This document shows positions 57,439 through 64,000 of a stretch of DNA of 64,000 bases, one piece after another. Position 1 is the first letter of the stretch; every line of letters starts with the position of its first letter. The stretch is from NCBI GenBank assembly GCA_963665295.1, contig OY762209.1, forward strand, positions 1,728,001-1,792,000, written 5' to 3'. The position numbers and the translations under genes are program-made. This stretch comes from Syntrophorhabdaceae bacterium (GTDB taxonomy: Bacteria > Desulfobacterota > Syntrophorhabdia > Syntrophorhabdales > Syntrophorhabdaceae). Below the pieces are notes generated by a model, which was not told where the DNA came from, searched no databases, and saw nothing but the letters and a program-made list of their open reading frames with translations.

Positions 57439-60400
57439 TTACATTTCCTCTTTTCCTTCTTCAAACCATTTGTAGAAGGTGGGAAGCACGAAGATGGTGA
57501 GCAGGGTCGAGGTGATAAGACCGCCCACTACCACCACGGCAAGGGGTTTTTGTATTTCCGAGCCTATTCCGGAAGAGAGGAGGAGCGGCACAAGGCCCAG
57601 CAGGGTGACGGAAGCGGTCATGAGGACCGGCCTCAGCCGGAGTTCAGTGCCTTTTCGCACTGCTTCATCAAGGGGCATGCCCTCCCTTCTGAGCTGGTTG
57701 AGACATGAAACCAGGACGATCCCATTGAGCGCGGCTATACCGAAGAGGGCGATGAAACCCACCGACGCGGGGACGCTCAGGTACTGGCCGGACAGGAAGA
57801 GGGCCATGATTCCACCTATGAGGGAAAAAGGAATATTCAGGATAATGAGAAGCGCATTCCTTATGGAATTGAAAGTGAAATAGAGAAGGGCAAATATGAG
57901 AACCAGGGTGATGGGCACAATAATGACAAGCCGGTTCATGGCGCGCTGCTGGTTTTCGAATTGTCCTCCCCATTTCATGGTGTACCCGGGGGGAAAGGTG
58001 ACCCGGGCGGCTATCTTCTCCTGGGCCTCTTTGACGAAGCTCCCCATGTCGCGGCCCTTCAGGTTACACTCGATGACGATCCTTCTCTGACCGTTCTCCC
58101 TGCTTATCTGATTCGGCCCTTCGAGAAGTTCGAGGCGTGCAAGCTGATTGAGGGGTATGCCCCTCCCTTCCTGGACCGGCGCGAGAAGCATGCCTATAGA
58201 CTCGGCGCTGTCCCGTTTCCCTTCGGGAAAGCGGAGCCTCACGGCAAACCTCTTGTCTCCTTCAAATATTTCGGTAGGCAGGCCTCCTCGCATGGCCGTC
58301 TCTATCATGTCCTGAACATCGGAGATATTGATCCCGTAACGGGCTGTCACCTTCCGGTTGAAGTCGATATGGAGATAGGGCTGACCCGACACCTGCTCGA
58401 CCCGGAGGTCCATGGTCCCTTTTATGGTGGACATGATCCGGGCGACTTCTTCAGCCTTTTTCTTGAGCACGTCGAGGTCGTCGCCGAAGATCTTTATGGC
58501 AAGCTGGGATTTCACGCCCGAGATCAACTCGTCCACTCTAAGCGCGATGGGCTGGGTAAAATTGAAGGTCATGCCCGGCATGGAGGCCTCCAGTCTCTCT
58601 CTCATCTTCGCGATAAGCGCTTCCTGCGTCTTTGCCGTCTTCCACTGAGAGCGTGCCTTGAGTGTGATGATAGGGTCCGATATCTCGGGACCCTGGGGAT
58701 CGGTGGCGATGCCGCCTGCCCCTATCCGGGAGACGATGGTTTCCACCTCAGGAAAGGTAAACAGCACCTTCTGAAATCGTTTCTCTATCTCCACGGATTC
58801 TTCCAGGGAGACACTGGGAAACCTTATGGGCTGAATAACCAGGGAGCCTTCCTGCATGGTGGGCATGAACTCCCTGCCTATAAATGGAAGGATAGCGAGG
58901 CTCACGCCAAGAAGCGCGCAGGAAGCCACCACCACCTTTTTCCTGTTTTGGAGCGTCCAGTCGAGGGCAGGCCTGAACCGGCGCTTGATCATGGAAAGGA
59001 GCTTCGTGTCCTCTTCCTTCCCCGGCTTGAGTATGTAGAGTGAAAAAACAGGGATAAAGACAAAGGAGACAATGAGCGAGCTTACGAGGGCCATCACTAC
59101 GGTCATGGCCAGGGGAGTAAACATTTTCCCTTCCACATCGGTGAGAGTGAAAAGAGGCAGGAAGACGATGGTAATAATGAGAATCCCGAAGAATACGGGC
59201 CGGACCACCTCTTTCGATGCCTCCGCCACAATATGGACCCGTGACCCGCCTTTGTTTTCCGACAACTGGCGAAACACGTTTTCCACGATCACCACCGCGC
59301 CGTCCACGATCATGCCTATGGCTATGGTAAGCCCTCCCAGGGACATGAGGTTTGCAGTGAGGCCCCATTGTTTCATGAAGACAAAGGTCAGGAGTACGGT
59401 GAGGGGCAGGGAAAGGGTGACGACGAGGGCCGTCCTCACGCTCCCCAGAAAGATGAAGAGTACGATGACCACGAGGATGGACCCTTCCGCCAGGGCCTTT
59501 GTGATGGTGGAAAGGACCCGTTTCACAAGGTCCGCGCGATCGTAGTATGGTATGGCGCGGACTCCGTCGGGAAGCGTCTTGTTAATCTCCTTGATCTTTT
59601 GTTTTACTTTGTCGACCACGACCATGGAGTTGCCGCCCTTTACCAGGAGGACGATCCCCGTTACCGCCTCCTCCCCGTTCTTTACCGCGGCACCCAGGGT
59701 TAGCGCGGGCCCGAGTTTAAGGTCTGCAATATCCTTTATAAAAACCGGTGTTCCCCGGGAAGAGGCAACCACGACGTCGCCGATATCCTCCAGGGTCTTG
59801 AGGAGTCCCAATCCCCGGATTATGTATCTTTCACCGCCTATGTTCATATAGCTGCCGCTTGCGTTCGCATTGTTGCGCGCCACGGACTCGAAGACCTGCC
59901 GGAGGGAAAGGCCGTATTTTATGAGTTTTTCCGGGCTTACGATAATCTGGTACTCTTTTACGTCACCGCCGTGGGAATTTACATCAATGACGCCGGGCAC
60001 GGTTTTGAGGGCCTTTTTTACCGCCCAGTCCTGCAGGGTCCTCAGGTCCATGAGGCTCTTCCCCTTTCCCTCAAGGGTATACTGGTAGACCTCGCCGAGA
60101 CCCGTGGAGATCGGCCCGAAGGTAGGTTCCACCCCCTTGGGAAGTCTGTCTTTCACCTCTATGAGGCGCTCCAGCACGAGTTGACGCGCAAAATAGATAT
60201 CTACCTTGTCTTCAAACACGAGGGTCACGAGGGAAAGGCCGTATTTGGATATGGACCGGGTCTCTTTAAGCCCCGTCAGGCCGCTCATCTGAAGTTCAAT
60301 AGGCGCGGTCACGAATTTCTCGGTTTCGAGGGGGGACATGCCGGGAGTCTGAGATATGATCTGGACCTGCACGTTCGTTACATCGGGGAACGCGTCGATA

Positions 60401-60501
60401 GAGATTGTTTTATAACAGAAGAGGCCGGCCCCCACGAGAACCACCACCCCGAGCATGACGAGCAGACGCTGTTTCAACACATAATCGACAATTCTTTGCA
60501 T
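57439..60501 (-). CDS. CusA/CzcA-family heavy-metal efflux RND transporter
   Basis: IDAFPDVTNVQVQI, GPISTGLGEVYQY, GMIVDGAVVIVEN, RLRPVLMTA. Confidence 0.95.
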   Translation of the reverse strand: MQRIVDYVLKQRLLVMLGVVVLVGAGLFCYKTISIDAFPDVTNVQVQIISQTPGMSPLETEKFVTAPIELQMSGLTGLKETRSISKYGLSLVTLVFEDKVDIYFARQLVLERLIEVKDRLPKGVEPTFGPISTGLGEVYQYTLEGKGKSLMDLRTLQDWAVKKALKTVPGVIDVNSHGGDVKEYQIIVSPEKLIKYGLSLRQVFESVARNNANASGSYMNIGGERYIIRGLGLLKTLEDIGDVVVASSRGTPVFIKDIADLKLGPALTLGAAVKNGEEAVTGIVLLVKGGNSMVVVDKVKQKIKEINKTLPDGVRAIPYYDRADLVKRVLSTITKALAEGSILVVIVLFIFLGSVRTALVVTLSLPLTVLLTFVFMKQWGLTANLMSLGGLTIAIGMIVDGAVVIVENVFRQLSENKGGSRVHIVAEASKEVVRPVFFGILIITIVFLPLFTLTDVEGKMFTPLAMTVVMALVSSLIVSFVFIPVFSLYILKPGKEEDTKLLSMIKRRFRPALDWTLQNRKKVVVASCALLGVSLAILPFIGREFMPTMQEGSLVIQPIRFPSVSLEESVEIEKRFQKVLFTFPEVETIVSRIGAGGIATDPQGPEISDPIITLKARSQWKTAKTQEALIAKMRERLEASMPGMTFNFTQPIALRVDELISGVKSQLAIKIFGDDLDVLKKKAEEVARIMSTIKGTMDLRVEQVSGQPYLHIDFNRKVTARYGINISDVQDMIETAMRGGLPTEIFEGDKRFAVRLRFPEGKRDSAESIGMLLAPVQEGRGIPLNQLARLELLEGPNQISRENGQRRIVIECNLKGRDMGSFVKEAQEKIAARVTFPPGYTMKWGGQFENQQRAMNRLVIIVPITLVLIFALLYFTFNSIRNALLIILNIPFSLIGGIMALFLSGQYLSVPASVGFIALFGIAALNGIVLVSCLNQLRREGMPLDEAVRKGTELRLRPVLMTASVTLLGLVPLLLSSGIGSEIQKPLAVVVVGGLITSTLLTIFVLPTFYKWFEEGKEEM

Positions 60502-60509
60502 GGCTTCCC

Positions 60510-61733
60510 TTATTCGGCCTTAAGCGACATCTTCTTGAGCTCGGACTTGATGGGGAATGTGCCTTTCACTACCAGCATGTCCCCTTCCTTCAGGCCCTGG
60601 GTCACTTCGACTTTCTTGCCCAGGGAGCGTCCCAGTACCACGTCCGTTTGTGCGAACTTCCCCTCGCCCACCCGGAGGAACACGTACCGGTCCGAGCCGT
60701 CTACGAGCACGGCCTCACGGGGAACTGCAATTACTGAATCCGACCCGGCATTTTTTTGGGCGTGTATGGAAACGGCGGCAAACATGCCCGGTTTCAGTAA
60801 GCCCTCCGGATTATCTATAGTGACCCGCACCTTGACCGTCCTCGTCCGTTCACTCACCACGTCCCCCATGTACGAAACCTTGCCCTGGAAGGTCTTGTAG
60901 GGAAAGGCGTTTACGGAAACGTTGACCATGGCGCCCTGTCGGAGCCTCGGCAGGTCCTTTTCGTAAACATCCACGAGGACCCACAAGGTTGCGAGGTCGG
61001 CGACGACAAAGAGCAGCTTTTCGGGATTTACCACTTCCCCCTGTGTAACCGACTTCTCTATGACAACCCCTCCCACGGACGAAACGATGGGTATGCGGGG
61101 CCTGAGAGCGGCATCGCCGTTCTTCCGGTTCTCTATGGCGTCTACATCGACCCCCAGAAGGCGGAAGCGCTCCCTGGAGTATACGAGGTCCGCCTCGGCC
61201 TCGCTCAGTTCCTGGCGCGCCTTGAAGACATCCTTCTCGGGGGCCACGTCCTTTTCGAAGAGCGATTGTTCCCGTTTGAGGCTTCTCCTCGCCAGCTCGC
61301 ACCTGCCTTTGCTTTTTCTGTATTCGGCCCATATCTGATCGAGCTCGACCGTGTCTATGAACGCCAGAGGCTGTCCGGCCTTCACCCTGTCCCCCTGGGA
61401 TACGGGGACCTGCACAATGCGACCCGTGACCCTCGAGCTCACTCTGGAGGCCCGGTCGGCGTTGAGTTCTATGGCCGCAGTGGCCGCAAGGGGCACGTCA
61501 ACCTCTTCCCGGGAGACCCGCACAATTTCCACCCCTGATGCAGTGAGTTTTTCAGGCGAAAGGGAGACGCTCACGGGCTCTCTGTCCGCTACACCGGCTG
61601 CCGCGCTCCCCGGCTTTGCTCCACCATCGGTCGTCCCCTTCCGGGCGAGTACCGTTATTGCGGAGGCGGACCCGAGAAACAGGCACACCAGAACGATCAC
61701 TACCTGCTTCTTGTGCCGCGCCAAGTACTCCAT
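60510..61733 (-). CDS. CusB/CzcB-family efflux periplasmic adaptor (MFP)
   Basis: GDRVKAGQPL, TRTVKVR, LKPGMF, GLKEGD; ATG 61733 with GGGGAGG RBS. Confidence 0.92.
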   Translation of the reverse strand: MEYLARHKKQVVIVLVCLFLGSASAITVLARKGTTDGGAKPGSAAAGVADREPVSVSLSPEKLTASGVEIVRVSREEVDVPLAATAAIELNADRASRVSSRVTGRIVQVPVSQGDRVKAGQPLAFIDTVELDQIWAEYRKSKGRCELARRSLKREQSLFEKDVAPEKDVFKARQELSEAEADLVYSRERFRLLGVDVDAIENRKNGDAALRPRIPIVSSVGGVVIEKSVTQGEVVNPEKLLFVVADLATLWVLVDVYEKDLPRLRQGAMVNVSVNAFPYKTFQGKVSYMGDVVSERTRTVKVRVTIDNPEGLLKPGMFAAVSIHAQKNAGSDSVIAVPREAVLVDGSDRYVFLRVGEGKFAQTDVVLGRSLGKKVEVTQGLKEGDMLVVKGTFPIKSELKKMSLKAE

Positions 61734-61881
61734 CACTCTATACTTCCTCCCCTGTAATCCCTTTGAACGGCAAATCCATTGTGGCGCCTGGAATCCCGCC
61801 ATTTTTTCGCCGCAACGGGGTGTACCGGCACAGCGCCCCGAATGCGTCGCCCACAAGTGTACCAGAGGAGACGTTACCGTA

Positions 61882-61903
61882 TGATTACAATTTGATTACA
61901 ATT
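61882..61903 (-). promoter_or_regulatory. Tandem 11-bp direct repeat, putative CusR/CzcR/CopR box
   Basis: TGATTACAATT twice in perfect tandem upstream of the efflux genes. Confidence 0.65.
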
Positions 61904-61918
61904 GTTTAATGAAATGAA

Positions 61919-63382
61919 CTAGGAATGAGGGAATACGAGGGTAACCGTGGTGCCTTTATCCACCTCGCTCCGCACAGTCACTGTCCCTCCGTGGAGGTCC
62001 ATGATGGACTTGACGATAGAGAAACCGAGGCCGGTTCCCTGCGGATGCTCCGTCCGCGCACGGTCGGTCCTGAAAAAACGGTCAAATATCCGGCCCAGAC
62101 TTTCCGGCTCGATGCCTATGCCCGTATCTTCAACGCTTATCCGGACGGATTGGTCGTCAAGTTCCTCCGCGGTTACCGTGACTTTCCCTCCTTTCGGCGT
62201 GTACTGAAAGGCGTTTGAGAGGATGTTGCTCAGGGTGTGGCGGAACGAGGTGAGGTCCGCCTTAAGCGTCGCATGGCCCTTGCACGCGACCTCTATCTCC
62301 TTTTCCTCCGCAACGGCATTGAAGAATTCCAGGAGGGCCTCCGTTTCTTTACGCACGTCAATGCGCGAGGGCTTGAAAACTACATTGGCGTTTTCCGTAC
62401 CGGCCAGAAAAAGAAGGTTTTCAATCATGCGGGAGAGCCGTTCGTATTCTTCCAGGCTTGACTCGAGGACTTGCCGGTATTCTTGCGTTGACCGGGCTTT
62501 ATACAGAGCCACTTCCGCTTCTCCCCGGAGGTTATTGATGGGCGTTCTCAGTTCGTGGGTAAGGTTGGCCGAGAACTGGGACAGGGCCACGAAGGAATTC
62601 TGGAGTCTCTCAAGCATCTTGTCAAAGGCCCGGGCAAGCACCGCGATTTCATCGGGCCATTGTCTCGGGCCTAACCGGTCATCGAGCCTCTTTGCGCCGA
62701 TGCGCGTGAAGGCTCTCCCCATCTCCTTCAAGGGGCGCAACCCTTCCCGGGCCACGGAAAATCCTATGAAAGTCGACAGGACCATGCCTGCAAAGAGAAC
62801 GAGCACCATCTTTTCCCTGTAATCGGCGACAATAGCCTCATCGTGGGAAATGTCCAGCGCTATCTGGATAAGCTTTCTTCCGGTTATGGAGGGGCGCGGC
62901 TCGACCCACGCCGCTATCAGGAGAAGTGGACTATCATCCATTCCCACGGCTCTGACACCCTTTTCCAAAGCCTCACCCGGCGAGGAGGGAACCGGAAAGG
63001 ATGGATTTGTGATAATCCGGTCCATACCCGGACTCTCGGCTTCCGTTTTGTTGTCCTTATCGAGAACCCTCACATAGTACTTCGTGTAGGCCATTGCCGG
63101 GGCCTGGGTTTCTCTTTCCATCTCTTCCTTCCAGACGCCCACATTATCCGGATACCTCTCCAAAAGCATACGAATGTGATAGACTTCACCAAAGAGGAAT
63201 TGGTTGTTTTCCCGGGACATATCGGCCACCAGGATCTGGTCGAGAAAAGCGGCGGAAGCGGCAAGCAGGAAGAGGCTGCACAGGGTATAAAGGATGGTGA
63301 GCCTTCTCGTGATGGATAAGGTTCTTAAGTAAGATAAGCGTTCTCTAAAGGTCAATTTCTTCCGACCGCTCTTCGAGGACAT
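61919..63382 (-). CDS. Heavy-metal sensor histidine kinase (CusS/CzcS type)
   Basis: TM-periplasmic-[33 protein letters not shown]. Confidence 0.92.
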   Translation of the reverse strand: MSSKSGRKKLTFRERLSYLRTLSITRRLTILYTLCSLFLLAASAAFLDQILVADMSRENNQFLFGEVYHIRMLLERYPDNVGVWKEEMERETQAPAMAYTKYYVRVLDKDNKTEAESPGMDRIITNPSFPVPSSPGEALEKGVRAVGMDDSPLLLIAAWVEPRPSITGRKLIQIALDISHDEAIVADYREKMVLVLFAGMVLSTFIGFSVAREGLRPLKEMGRAFTRIGAKRLDDRLGPRQWPDEIAVLARAFDKMLERLQNSFVALSQFSANLTHELRTPINNLRGEAEVALYKARSTQEYRQVLESSLEEYERLSRMIENLLFLAGTENANVVFKPSRIDVRKETEALLEFFNAVAEEKEIEVACKGHATLKADLTSFRHTLSNILSNAFQYTPKGGKVTVTAEELDDQSVRISVEDTGIGIEPESLGRIFDRFFRTDRARTEHPQGTGLGFSIVKSIMDLHGGTVTVRSEVDKGTTVTLVFPHS

Positions 63383-64000
63383 ACCCTACGCCTCGCACCG
63401 TATGAATCAGTTTTACGGGGAAGGGATCGTCGGCTTTTCTGCGCAACCTCAGAACAGCGACATCCACGACGTTGGTGTCGCTATCGAAATTTATATCCCA
63501 AACCTGTTCGGAAATAAAGGTTCTGGTCAATACCTCGCCCGAATGCCGGGCGAAAAGCCATAAGGTGAGGAACTCTTTCGGCGACAGGTCCAGGCGTTTT
63601 CCTCCCCGGGTCGCCTTGCGTTTCACGGGATCGATCTCGAGGTCCGCAATACGGATGGCGTCGGCTTGTCTGTCCGGACCACGGCGAAGAATTGTCCGAA
63701 CCCGGGCGAGCAGTTCCGAAAACGCAAAGGGCTTCACAAGGTAGTCGTCCCCGCCCAGTTCGAGTCCGGTAATCCTGTCCTGTACGGAATCCCTTGCCGT
63801 GAGGAAGAGAACCGGGGTCTGCTTTCCCTTCCTGCGAAGCTCACCTATGACCGACCAGCCATCCCGTCCGGGAAGCATGACGTCAAGGATAATTATCGCG
63901 TAATTGCCTGTTACCGCCAAATGGAGGCCGTCTTCGCCGTTCTCCGCCACGTCCACCACAAACCCGTGCTCCGACAACCCTTTCTTGAGATACCGGTGAG
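63345..64000 (-). CDS. Heavy-metal response regulator (CusR/CzcR type), 5' end outside the window
   Basis: [42 protein letters not shown]; frame open to the window edge. Confidence 0.93.
   Translation of the reverse strand, partial: HRYLKKGLSEHGFVVDVAENGEDGLHLAVTGNYAIIILDVMLPGRDGWSVIGELRRKGKQTPVLFLTARDSVQDRITGLELGGDDYLVKPFAFSELLARVRTILRRGPDRQADAIRIADLEIDPVKRKATRGGKRLDLSPKEFLTLWLFARHSGEVLTRTFISEQVWDINFDSDTNVVDVAVLRLRRKADDPFPVKLIHTVRGVGYVLEERSEEIDL

Noticed and set aside
57961..60900. Long + strand ORFs (360 aa, 309 aa) and similar overlapping ORFs across the window
   Set aside because: Antisense or alternate-frame shadows of well-supported genes in GC-rich DNA

Overview
Bacterial chromosomal window of moderately high GC. 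Gene content (Cys-rich GAF HD-GYP protein, Tat flavoprotein, Sec-thioredoxin, DUF1566 protein) suggests an anaerobic Desulfobacterota / former deltaproteobacterium; this is inference. Layout: (1) 1-15 kb, signalling and metabolic genes, including an orphan motB-motA operon. (2) 15.3-35.2 kb, a ~20-kb single-strand lysis/head/non-contractile-tail cluster of transposable (Mu-like) phage type, with no transposase, integrase, repressor or replication genes. Its packaging and capsid genes are intact and a -1 tail-chaperone frameshift site is kept. MuF and gpG are deleted around a retained island (nuclease-domain tail, hairpins, strong antisense promoter), the tape measure is degenerate, and the last gene is a tailspike-like protein with a signal-peptide-like N-terminus. 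It is a candidate domesticated or GTA-like element, or a decaying prophage. (3) 35-44 kb: carbamate kinase, an orphan Pycsar effector, cfa, a selenocysteine thioredoxin missed by the ORF track, cysE, a DUF1566 surface protein and MscS. (4) gap-pgk-tpiA-secG-tRNA-Leu(GAG). (5) SNF2 and SWIM genes, then a lower-GC run of co-oriented small genes whose junctions carry repeated GGGGAC/TAGGGG motifs. (6) A CusRS/CzcRS-type two-component system with an RND/MFP heavy-metal efflux pair. All family calls come from motif recognition by eye; no database search was run.
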